Positions 49,701 through 61,350 of a stretch of DNA of 64,000 bases are shown here, one piece after another. The stretch covers positions 2,863,266 to 2,927,265 of the forward strand of contig NW_003314261.1 in NCBI RefSeq assembly GCF_000143415.4, written 5' to 3'. Below the pieces are notes generated by a model. The model ran no database searches. It worked only from the letters and a program-made list of their open reading frames with translations, and was not told the origin of the DNA. Each line of letters begins with the position of its first letter. The stretch's first letter is position 1. The position numbers and the translations under genes were made by a program. This DNA is from Selaginella moellendorffii. Taxonomy: Eukaryota > Plantae > Lycopodiophyta.

Positions 49701-52700
49701 GTCATCCACACACCGTCTGTGCATCGTCCCCCTGCTACATCCAGTAGAGAGCCACTGAGATGATTCAGGAGGTAGGACTTCCCGCTGCTTTGTTTCCCCA
49801 TGGAGGATATAACTTTGACAGGCCCGTTCCAGCTCTGGATGACAGCGTCGTAAAGTCCAAAGCGGACGATCTCCGCAAGTGAGATGGAGTCTGCGTAGTT
49901 GACATCGGCTGCCATTCTCATGCCGTTGATCAGAGGCCGCAAGCTGTTGTTCTCTGCTCTAGCAATCTGGACGGGAACCAGGCACGAAAGCCGTCGCAAG
50001 AAATCTCCCAGGCAGCGCCGGCTTGTCCGGACCTCAAGCTTGCGATCAAAGTGCTCAGCCTCGAACGAGATGTCCACGTTTAGAACCTCCTTTCCTTTCT
50101 CTCGACGAAGCTTGTCCAGCGCCATCTTAGCATGCTTCACGACTTCGGCGTCGTTACCGTCGTGGGATCCATTGAGCACTCTGACGACCATCCGAAATGT
50201 AATGCACCTCGGCGACGCTCTCAGCAGAGAAGGGCTCACTGCGTACTTGTCGAAGATGTGGTAGAGGTAATCCAGCTCGTGGCAGGAGCTCGTCGACTTG
50301 GGTGTTTCTTCCGTGGAGTCACGATTGTCGCGCAGGCGAATCTGGCAAGTCTGGGACGCCAAAGTTACGTCCAGCACGGCCGACTGGAGGACGTTCTTCT
50401 CGTCGTCAAGTACCAGGAGATGCGTTTGGCTTCCGAACAAGACGACCTGTGCTTCGAGTAGATGCACGCTACTGGCACAGATATCCGGCACCGTCACTGT
50501 CTTGATGAGCTCGCAAGTGTCGTCAAGCCTGTATACTTGAGCTACAAGCGTCTGGAAGTTCTCGGCTTCTGGAATCTCCTCACCTTTGCAAATAGCCACC
50601 AGGCAGAGACCATCCGGCGTGACGCAGGCCTTGAGAAAAGAATCCGGCAACTGGATCGTCCGAGGCTTCATCATCGCTGGTTGAGCGACCTCAAACACCC
50701 TCACGCAGCCTGTTGCATCGAACAGCAGAAGCTCCGCTCTGGATGGAACAAGGTGGAGCCCAGTGATAGTGGTACTGCCGTGGTACTTGTCGAGCTCTAT
50801 GTCCACGCCAGTCCAGAAGAGCTCACGGAAGCCATCGGTAAAGCGGAAAATCTTGATCGCTGCAAGGGACTGCTCGTAGAAGGCAATGAAGTTGGACGCC
50901 TCATCGAAAGCAGCCAAGTCGAAGCCCCTCTTGAGCACCTTCATAGGCTCCCTCTCAGGAATGCGAATCCTGCTACCAAGACTTTGGCAGAGATAGATTG
51001 CCATGCACGACTCCACCACGCCCTTAACGAAAAGTAGAACCTGGCCAGACTTGAGAAGAATCACGTTGCTCAGAGTATACTCTTGGGAGTCGATATCAGC
51101 AATGGTCTGGAGCCCGGAACTACTTGGAACGATGATATGCTCGCTCTTGGCCACTTGCAACTCCAGCTCTTTCTTCTGGGGTAGAAACTCCACCACCTTC
51201 CAGATAATCCGCTCACTGTGCGTCTGCTGCCTCAGGAAGCTAATAGAGATCTTTGGCACATCACCCTTCAGAAGGTTGAAAACTCGCCACGAAGAGCCAC
51301 CACTTGTTGGTCTGCAGCGTTTGATCTTGATCTTTGGAAGCGCCTCTGCATCGCTCTGCGAAAGCTTCATCTTGTAACCCGAGGCCACGTCCGACTTCTT
51401 CTGCTTCAGAGACTCCACCCGTGCCTTATGCTGCGCTTCCAGTTCCAGCTTCACCTTGGACTTGAGGATATGGAAGAGACTGTCCTCCACCAAGTCCAGA
51501 AATATCCCCATGAACTGCTGCCGTCTCATTACGTAGGCTCCCATGCAGAGAGACCGGACTGAATCCGACAGACAGGGATCCTCCACTTCACGGCCTTGCA
51601 GTTCCTTCAGCTTCTTGGCGAAGTCCACGTTACCGAATTCGTCTAGGCAGTCCGCAAGAATGCACTGCAAAAGGTAATCTTCGGTTGCATCCACCTGGTC
51701 CTTCAGAGAAGCTGCAAGCTGGATTTTCTTCTTGAGCATGAGTCCCACTTCTTCCGCACAGAAACCAAGCCACTGCCTGAAATGATCTCCTGCTGGATAA
51801 TCCACGGAGAGGAACCTGGTGTTCCTCGCTACCGGTTTGTCTCCGGCAAATAGATCAAAGTTGTCGGATGAAACCACCTCAGGACCACCATTTCTTGTTA
51901 AGAGACGCGCCTCAACCCGAGAGTGATCCTTGATTGCGGTGAAAGTCTCCCCATAAGTCATAGGCCCGGACAACCGCTTCCCCTCTCGAGCAATGACGAA
52001 GAACCCCGGAAAGCCTTGCACTGAGACTTTCGATCCAATGAATACTTTCTTCTTCTTGTCCGCTCCCAAAACTTCGAGCAGCTTCGCCTCCATCTCCGAG
52101 AGCGCCTTCTCGTCAGCTTCTATGGACTGCTCGTTCCACCCCTCGTGATACTTGATGAAGTCCACCGAGCCTGTGCAGGCCCGCTGCTCGCCACCTCCCA
52201 GAAGAAGCTTTTCTTCCCATGGACAGGCAAGCCTCAAGTAAGCATTCAGACCTCTTGCAAACACCGAGAGAACCTCCTCCTTTTCCTTGTTGAAGAGCTC
52301 TTCAGTGCTGGAAAACTCGCTACCCGCGGCGCTGATCTTGTCATCCAGAGTTGCCAATGCCTCACGCAGCTCCTGACCAACATCCGGCATGGCGCTCTCG
52401 CAGAAAAGGATAAAGTCCTCGTCCTTCATCCCCGTGTAGTCGATCTGGACGTCCCCCCAGCTCTTCACGACTTCACCGAGCTTCTCCGGTGGCACGGTCG
52501 CGTGATCGTGCGAGAAAGACTCCTTGGGGGTGTACTTCTCGGTCTCAAGCAGCCCAGTGCGATAGAAGCCTTCACTAAGCTTGCGAGGAGAGAGCCTCGA
52601 CGCTCCACCTCCGGCAGGCAACCGAAAGCCTCTCCTGACGTTGAAATCGTTGTCGCTCGACTTCACCATGGAAACTTGGAGCCGCTGAGTCCGCTTTCTC

Positions 52701-53335
52701 TTGCTGCTCGACGTGCCAATGGAGGCCATGGACGCGCCACCATTCTCCAGCTCAATGCAGCTATACACCACATCGCACAGCTCCACCAAGTAGCGTATGA
52801 AGTTGCAAGAGATGTCGCTCCTCCTCGCATCCGTGAACTTCTTGCTCGGCTGCCAGTAGAAGATCAAGAGCTTGCGGCCGTGCAAGGCACCGTAGAGACC
52901 CGCCGGAAGCTGGTCGGACCTCAGCTTGGCGATGTCCTCCTCCACGAAAGCCTTCTCTCTCGCAAAGATGTCCACCATCAACCCCTTGCTCCCGTAAAAA
53001 CCCACCGTCTCCAGCGACACAGCCTCCAAAAGTCCCGTGTCGAGAAACCATCGCTGATCCTCCACCCGGACGGATCCAGGAGCAAGCTTGTTGAAGAGCT
53101 CAAAGATCTGGGACTCGGACAGCAGCACCTTCTCCACAAAGCTCAGGTCTTGCTTGTCCGACTTCACCTCGATGAGGCTGAAGAGAGCGCAAGCTTCCCT
53201 CGAGGGGGCCGCGGCGCTAGCAGCAGTGGGAGAAACCACGACCAGATCAAGCTCTATGTCCTCTCTTGCCGGTTGTTCGTCACGCTCCACTTCTTCCACG
53301 AACTCGAAACCATCGTCATCCCATCCTCCACCCAT
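46754..53335 (-). CDS. Giant (~2174 aa) protein: N-terminal unknown/beta-propeller-like region, VLIG/GBP-type GTPase, Cys/His-rich NFX1-like repeats, C-terminal VWA
   Basis: Two open exons (53335-49562, 49504-46754) joined by a 57-nt GT-AG intron. G1 GKQSSGKS (49775-49798), G2 GRCT, G3 DFEG, G4-like IKD. About 400 aa Cys/His-rich. VWA MIDAS DKSGS..T..SDG. Confidence 0.9.
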
Positions 53336-54035
53336 GGCTCACCTTTCGAAGAAAGCGATGAGGCTCGCAAGGAAAAACGAGAGATCGACTCACCTGGAGC
53401 GCAAAGCTCGCGGCTTTGTTGGATGGCAAAGACTGGAAAGACGGGAAAACGAGCAATCTCTTCAAGAGTTCTGCTACGACCACGATCAAGAACGCGAGAC
53501 AAGAAGAAACTCACCGACGCCGCGGTCGATAACGAAGAAGCTCGTCGCCGCCTAAGAACTCGACTCCTCTCGAATCGATGAAAAGACCTTACTACCGCCG
53601 CCTTGTTGAAAGACCTACATGCAGATTTATAAAGGCTAGCGTAAAAAAAGTTAAAACGCTAGGTAAGTAATTTACCTCTTATTGTCGCCCTCGATCGAAA
53701 ACAATCGGACAATGTGGGGGAAAGCGAGAGATTTTTCGCGTTCTTTTGCAGCGATCGCGTGCCGATCGAGCTCTTTCTTTTGCGGAATGGATCATCGCTG
53801 AGAAATCCCCACTGTGAGTCGAGACAACGAAGATATTTCTCACCCACATTCCAGGAAGACCGATCCAGGCGATCGATGGAGGCGTGGAAGATCGATCGAT
53901 CGCTGTAAATGAGCACGCCGCGAGCTCCTCAATCGATCGCAAAAGATCTCTCTAGGACCGTTAAGAGTTTAGGGTTCATTAGAAAACTAAAGGTTGGAAT
54001 TGCCATTTTCTTTTTCCCCTGCGAAGGGGACGGCT

Positions 54036-55675
54036 ATGGCGCTGTGCATCCCAGCCGCAGCGTCATCGTCGCAATCCAGCTATGGCGTGGCGTCCTCCCA
54101 GCATCAGCAGCAGCAGCAGCGCCTGGTAATCTTCTCTCAGAGGCAACGCGTCGATCTCCGGCATGCGCGATCCAAAACCCCCAAGCTCGTCTTCGCCGCG
54201 GCGGCATCGTCAGGTCTGTTCGCCGCCAGGATGGCTGGGCCGCGGTCGAGATTCGTGCCCCGCCAGGCATCCGCGTCCATGGAGCTAGACGATGGAAGCA
54301 GCGGCGGCGGCGGCAATGGTTCCACAGGGGGCTATGGCGGCGGCTCTGGCGGCGGAGACGATGGTTCCAGCAGCGATAAGAACAGGACAGAGGCATTGCT
54401 CGCGCTGGCCAGCCTTGGGAGATCGCTGGACAACATCCCGCGAGACCTGGCTTACGCGATCCAGGATGGAAGGGTGACAGCGGCCATTGTGGAGAGATTT
54501 GTGCTGCTGGAGAAGACCCCGCTGCGAGGATGGCTGCTCCAGTTCAGTGGGTTCATGGAGAGACTCCTGGCCGACGATTTGTTCCTCACCAAGGTGTTCA
54601 TCGAATGCGGTGTGGGGATTTTCACCAAGGTATGCGTGGGCAAGTGAGCTCTTCTTCTCTTCTTTTCTACTTGCATTCTCGTGAGTGATTCGCAAATGTA
54701 CTTAGACTGCGGCAGAACTGGAGCGACGCAAGGAGAACTTCTCCAAGGAGTTGGATTTCGTGTTTGCAGACATTGTAAGTTCTCTAATATACTTTTTTGT
54801 GTTTCGTTACCTTCTCTCTTGAACCGGTGTTTCTTTGTGACAGGTGATGGCACTGATTGCCGACTTTATGCTTGTTTGGCTTCCTGCTCCGACAGTGTCC
54901 TTGCGCGCGGCGCCTGCAATGGAGGCTGGCAAGCTCGCAAAGTTTTTCTATGGGTGTCCAGACAATGCTTTTCAGGTATAGTATTGCTCAAAGCGTTGCC
55001 AAAACGCAACTCTTGTGTTCTTTCCAGGTTGCCATTAGAGGGACTTCTTACTCTCTACTGCAGCGGATGGGAGCTATTGGGGTAAGTAAAACCTGTGTTT
55101 CTGCAACCGCTCACGTCCACGGCTTTCAGAGAAATGGAGCAAAGCTTTTAGGTGTTGGAGTTACTGCATCTCTGGTAAGCCGCCATTTTTGTCACTATTT
55201 TTCTCAGATTTTTGCTTTTTCCATTCCTGCGACCTTTTCTTTTTTCTTTCAGGTTGGCACAGCGGTAACGAATGGTCTCATCAGTGTGAGAAAGTCACTG
55301 GACAAGAACTTCGCCGGTGAGGCTGAAGATGTGCCGATTTTCTCTACAAGTCTGGCATATGGCGTTTACATGGCAGTGTCGAGTAACTTGCGGTATGAGA
55401 AACTGGTGTTCGGCTTTTCATGCTAACGATTGTGTGCAGGTACCAAATTTTGGCTGGGGTGGTGGAGCAACGGATTTTGGAGCCAATGCTTCACAACAAA
55501 AAGCTTGCCCTGAGTGTACTCTGCTTTGCGGTCCGAACAGGCAACACGTTTCTGGGCTCCCTTATGTGAGTATAAAGAAGTAAAAATGGTTTCTCTTCTT
55601 CCTCTTATGCTGCTGCTTGTAAACAGGTGGGTAGATTATGCTCGATGGGTTGGTGTTCAGAAAATACGTGAATGA
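54036..55675 (+). CDS. RETICULATA-related (DUF3411) plastid envelope protein, RER4/RER1-like
   Basis: Transit peptide, Gly-rich tract, then GFMERLLADDLFLTKVFIECGVGIFTK, ADFMLVWLPAP, YGVYMAVSSNLRYQILAG and WVDYARWVGVQK. Confidence 0.92.
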
Positions 55676-55776
55676 TCTTGTTGAACAAGACGTGGTCTGA
55701 AGAAGCAAATTGAAATTGAAATTGCACAATCAATGCTCTAGGATATTCTTAAAATTATTAATATATTATTAAGATA

Positions 55777-58345
55777 TGTGAAATGAAAATGTATGGTTAC
55801 AATGTTGTATATTATTATTAGTATAATGGGATTTTGATAACCATTATCAAATTAATTTCAATCTGGATCATTTGGTCTTGAAGGTTATTGGGATAATTGA
55901 TATGTATATTTTTGTATTCCATTTTTATATTCTATACACTCATATTGGTGGAGATGAGGGGTAGTTTTGATTGTCCTGATGAGCGTTTAGATTTGGGATT
56001 TTGGTTTAAATTTAGTTTTTGCATTGTTTAGATCTCTATTTCTTTATAGTTATTTTTATTTCATTTCTTTTGTTTTTTCATTTTTTTTGTTCATCTTCAT
56101 GGCAAAGTAGTAGCTTCTTTCTCCTTTAACTCTAGAGTAGTAGTTAATGCAATTGCTTGATGCTATATGATTCCAATTAAATAATCAGACTTAATTGATA
56201 GCAGTATACACAATGTGTGGTATAGCTTGTTGCCAATCTTGGCGTCTAGCTGGAGTTCTTCTATAGGAGTCCTAGGGATGATGTGTATTATTGATTTAAT
56301 CATTTGGTCTTGGTTTTAATCTTGATTTTGGACTTGGTCTTGGTTCCCATATTGGACTTGATCTTAGACTCTATTTCGGATTCGATTTCTGACTCCTTCT
56401 CTAACTCTTTCTCAAACTCCATCTCGGACTCCATCTCAGGTCCATCTCAGACTCCATCTCATGTTCATCTCGAACTCCATCTCGGGTCCATCTCGGACTC
56501 CTTCTCAAACTCCATCTAAAGTCCATCTCAAACTCCATCTCGAACTTCATCTTAGACTTGTTCTCAGACTCCATCTCAAGTCCATCTCAGGTCTATCCCA
56601 AATTCCATTTCAGATCCAACTCAAACTCTATCTCGAACTTGGTCTCAACACTTCCACATATTATATGTTGGTCCTTTTGTGTCCCTTTTCTAAAGGCTCA
56701 CTTATTGATTGCTTTATCCTCTTTCCTCGAGCACTTCTTTAAGAGTTCCATTCCTGCTCTTGACTTTTCAAGTTAAAACTTTTAGTTCAAACTTATTATG
56801 CTTATTTGGCTTCTACTTTAGCCATTACCATGTGGCACCCTCTCAGCTCCACTTTGGGGCTTAGGGATTTGTGTCTCACAGTTAAATCTTGCTTTTGAGT
56901 ACTAACAAGTGCTAATGGCTAAGAAAGATATTCCCAAGACTGTTTTTTGTACACCATTTAGTTTGTATAAGTTTTTAATGATATCGTTTGGTTTAAACAA
57001 TGCTCCAATGACTTTCTAGTGGATGATGGATGAAGTTCTTTTGTAATATGCCAAAAATGACTATTGATTTTATTAATGATGTTTCAATCCATTTGGAGGG
57101 GATATAAGAGGAACACGTCTGTGATGTTCGTAAGGTATTTAATCGGCTGCAAGAAGTTGGTTTAAAGCTGAAGTAATCAAAGTGCATGTTTGGTCCAAAA
57201 ACACCACTTATCTTGGGTACCATATTTTTTATGAAGATTTGTAAGTTAATCATGACAAATTTATGGCTACTCTCAAGTTTTTTACTCCAAAGTGTGTGAA
57301 TGATGTGTAGCACTTCTTAGGCAAGGTGCAATATCTCGGGCATTTAGTTGATCGTCTTTCTGATCGTATTGCACCATTGTAAGTATTGTTGAAGTTGTCA
57401 ACATCATCTTTCATTTAGTCTGTGTATTGTGAGGGGGCATTTACAAATCTAAAAAAGCTATTGACAACTCCTTTAATTTTGGCATATTCTAACTACACTC
57501 GATTTTTCATTTTGCTCATGGATGCTTCTTATATCAGTCTTAGAGATGTGTTGATGCAAAAGAGCTCAAATGTGCCTAGTCAACACCATCCCATTGCATA
57601 CATTAATTGTACATTACAACTGGTAGAGGTGAACTACTCCACAATAAAAGAGTGTTTAGCAATAATTTAGGGTTTCAAAAAACTTCATGCTTATCTACAT
57701 AATTCTCGGACATTACTAAAAGGTGATCATGCTATAGTTACTTTGTTATTAAAGTGAAAGAACCTTCTTGGTTATACTACTCAGTGGGCTTTGAAGCTTC
57801 AAATATATGATTTTGATATTATTCATTATTTGGGGAATGGCTAATGCTGATATCCTTTCTATAGTTCCTCTTCCTTTTTCGCTTTTTTCTCATGCTTTTA
57901 GCAAGCCTATTGTTTCAGTATATATAAATTTTTTGAATGAGGATTTTGTGCTATTGGTAGTTGTTATACTTGATGTTTAATGTACACAAAGTGTGGAGTA
58001 AGATTTACTTTCTTTTGATAAGGTTTATTAAGCTTAAAAGGTTGAGCCATGAATCTGAAGGCTTTGCAATAGGTTTCAAAATCTTATATCATTTGCTGAT
58101 GACTTGGTATTTCAGCATTTACATTCTTAATATTACCCTTAAAACAACCTTCTTAGATGGATCCTAATAATCATTTATGATTGGTAGTGCCTTTGATTTT
58201 TATTCCACGTTTTCTCCACACCTATCATGATTCTCTTATTCTATGTGGGCATATGGAACATCGTCATGTGGCTGAAAAACTATATAAATTTTTTTATTGG
58301 CCAAAAATGTGATGTGATATTATTCGGTATATGTGTAGTTGCATT
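55777..58345 (+). mobile_element. Heavily mutated, truncated copy of the same Ty3/gypsy family
   Basis: 5' LTR (~55777-55944), PBS 55946-55963, gag start, then RT-RH-INT start (~56905-58345) aligning to 42910-44370 with dense C>T/G>A changes. gag-PR-RT segment deleted and no 3' LTR. Confidence 0.9.
56305..56880 (-). mobile_element. LTR-like fragment of a second family with ~12-bp tandem repeats, nested in the decayed Ty3
   Basis: Reverse complement begins TGTGAGACACAAATCC and matches 63201-63519 and 61065-61350. Array of (G)GACTCCATCTC-type units. Confidence 0.75.
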
Positions 58346-58768
58346 AATAGCCTCTTTTATACAAATTAATAAATTTAAGATTAGATTGCAAGAAGTTAAA
58401 AGCATTAGAACAGAAAAGAAGTAAAAGTAAGGTTTGTTTTTCTTATTATTATTATACTTAATACTATACTAAATATGGTTAAACATGGCAATATTTAGTT
58501 CTGAGATAAAAATAATTTACCATGAGATCACTATCTATAGTAAATTGGGTCAAATAGTATAAGCATCATTACATCTAGATCACCATAGAAAGGTTTAGTA
58601 TTTTAGCTAAAGAGTTAGTAGGGTTTATATAAAAATAAGAATATAACACCAAAGCAGCCAAGTGATGCTACTAATCCCATTAAATGCTGTCCATGCAATG
58701 CTAATATGATAAATAATAATTAAAATATTGTATATGCTGTTGAATTATCAAAATAGCTTATAAAAACA

Positions 58769-59626
58769 TTATAGTGAACATAGAATATGCTTTTCAGTAT
58801 TTGAATCCCACATTATATAGTTTGGAAATTTTGTTGTATAAATTACTATATTACAATCATTCTGAACAACAAGAAATACAGGAAAAATGCAATTTTTACA
58901 ATACCTATTTGTAGACCATTGAGGTTCTTTGTTATAATATATGACAAAGTTACCATCATTTTGAAGTTTTAACTTACAATTAAAAATATTTTCTGTTTTA
59001 GTTTTAGATTCCCATACCTTATTTTTTAATGAGAACAAAACAAGCTTACAATTTGATTGAAATAATAATACATTTTTACCATTTGAAGAAGTTAAAAACA
59101 TTTCAGTATGTAAAATTGCAGGATTATATAAAATAGAAGCTTCAATATGACATTTTAAATTATATTTTTTAAAAGTAGTACTTACAATTGAGTTTGGAAA
59201 CTCAAACTCCCAATCATTTGTAATTTTATATGTTATTAAATAATGGTTGCTTTCTCTAAGAAAATTGTCTGTACAATATTCTGATAATTCAGAAAAAATT
59301 TGATTATATATATTTCTGAAACCTCTTCTTAAAGCTATTCCTGTAATTCCATCTGGACTTTCAATATAACATTGATCTTTAGTTTTAATCATTAAATGTA
59401 CAAGTCCTTCAGAAGTAGGTATTAAATCTCCATCTGCATAATTAGATGGATATGGATCTTGAGAACCATCAGTCAAAATTTTCACTAATAAAGATTCTAA
59501 ACTACTTATTATTAATCTAACATCAGCTGAATCTAATATTCCAATTTTTCCAATTCTAGATTTATAGCTATTTACTGTTATTAAGAAAATGAAAATTAAA
59601 AATAATAAAATATTTCTTTTATGCAT
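58769..59626 (-). CDS. Secreted protein with unknown N-terminal domain and C-terminal bulb-type (GNA-like) mannose-binding lectin domain
   Basis: Intronless 285-aa ORF with signal-peptide-like MHKRNILLFLIFIFLITVNS. Two intact QxDxNxVxY sites (QNDGNFVIY, QNDCNIVIY), one degenerate (QSNCKLVLF), and W-x-S/T motifs after each. Confidence 0.85.
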   Translation of the reverse strand: MHKRNILLFLIFIFLITVNSYKSRIGKIGILDSADVRLIISSLESLLVKILTDGSQDPYPSNYADGDLIPTSEGLVHLMIKTKDQCYIESPDGITGIALRRGFRNIYNQIFSELSEYCTDNFLRESNHYLITYKITNDWEFEFPNSIVSTTFKKYNLKCHIEASILYNPAILHTEMFLTSSNGKNVLLFQSNCKLVLFSLKNKVWESKTKTENIFNCKLKLQNDGNFVIYYNKEPQWSTNRYCKNCIFPVFLVVQNDCNIVIYTTKFPNYIMWDSNTEKHILCSL

Positions 59627-61064
59627 TTCAGTATATTTTATTAAATATTTTTATTAAATATTATTTATAATTCTAATTAATGAGTTATTTCTTTTATATG
59701 GGGATATTAAATTAGATTTAATAAATTGGAAAATAATATATCTATTCCTTCTCTATTAACTATGAATACTCATATTTGTAATAGCTTAAAACCTTTTCTA
59801 ATATAAAAGAATGAGTGGTTTGGATTGAATTCAATATAACAACTGTCAAAATCCTGCTATATTAGTAATAGTATAGTTGTACATCTGGACTTTTTTTTGT
59901 TTCTAATAAAATAAAATAGTTATAAATCTAGAATGGAGTATTAAATTTATCAGATATAATATTAATAACAGTGAGCTTCCAATTGTAGAACTTGTAACAA
60001 ATGTAAATATTTATTTATTTATTAAAAATAAAGTTTAATAATATATAAATAATCTAAAAGATTTTACAGGATTTGTTTTAGAAAAAGTTTCAAAAGTATA
60101 TATAATTAAAGTTTAAATAATTATTTCTCTAGCAAGGACTATATAATAAAAATTGTATTTACTTTCTTATATTTAATGTTAAAAATAAATATTATTACAC
60201 CATAAAAATAAAAATAGTTTGAAAATATCATTTTGCCAGTTCTCTATATTATTTATTATAACCATTAAAACCAATTTCAAAATATCAGGAAAAAGTAAAA
60301 TACTACTTAATTTAATGTTATACATACATACTGTTCATGAAGTATATACAGAATAATATTAACCTTGTTATTTGTACACAATGAGCTTATATCTATTTAA
60401 ATGATTTAATATAATAGTTTGAGGATTATTCTAGAGTGTACTTAAATATTCTAAGAATCTCCGGTAAGGGAAATTGTATGATTGCAATTTCAATTTCTGT
60501 ATTGGTGGTATTTTCTTTAGGAAGATTTCCTGACATTCCCAAGCAGCATCAATGAACTAGTGCATGAGCTGAGATCCACAACTGAAGAAAAACCATGGCA
60601 AGTTGCTCTAATGTGAAACTTAATAATGTATATATATAAAAACAACCAACCTCTTGCAGCCTCAAAACTATAGTTCTCAAAAATAGAAGGCCATCCCAGT
60701 CTAGGCCAAGGTCAATAGCCATCATTTTTAGGAATATTAGCTCAATGTTATGGTGGCTAATGGGTGGCATGCACATATGGCTGGGAAGGGAAGAGGGTGT
60801 GGTGATAAGTGTTACACCATGCAATTCTAGAGTTCCATGGCTGCTCTGCTTGTGGTGCATCAGCAGCATCATAGGTAGGGCTAGTGAGGGAGTGCACCAA
60901 TGATGCAATTCAGCTTTTGTGGCCCAAGTGTCTTCTCACCCTCTTTGAATCTCAGTTTGATTGCTGAAAGAGGTAACAATATTACATTTTTTACATACAT
61001 GTGAAATTGTGGTAAAGTGTTGGGAAATAATGAGCAACTCAAAGACTTTTCTAGAGCTTCATTA

Positions 61065-61350
61065 TGTGAAACATAAATCCTAGAGCCCCAAAAGTGGAGC
61101 TAAAAGGGTGCCATGTGGTAGTGGCCAGAGCAGAAGCCAAACAACAATAACATGTTTGGATTAAAATTTTTAATTTGAAAAGTCAAGAGTGGGAGTGAAA
61201 CTCCCAATGAAGTGCTCGAGGAACGAGCACGAAGCGAGCAATAAGTGAGTTTTTAAAAAAGGGACACAAGAGGACCAATACATGACACATGGAAGTGTCA
61301 AGATGGACCCAAAATAAAATCCAAGATGGGGTCCGAGTTGGAATCTAAGG
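61065..61350 (+). mobile_element. LTR-like fragment (TGTGAGACAC family)
   Basis: Starts TGTGAAACATAAATCC. Similar to 63201-63500 and to the reverse complement of 56640-56880. Confidence 0.7.

Noticed and set aside
46778-53581. Long plus-strand ORFs (508 aa at 46778, 478 aa at 52145, and equivalents over 29361-33156)
   Set aside because: Antisense shadows of a GC3-rich coding sequence with no recognisable motifs.
56340-56640. Regular short repeats resembling a CRISPR array or Ser/Asp-rich ORF
   Set aside because: No unique spacers, eukaryotic context; it is a minisatellite within an LTR-like repeat.
60450-61060. 119-aa minus-strand ORF and moderately GC-rich patch
   Set aside because: No recognisable homology; probably decayed TE sequence.
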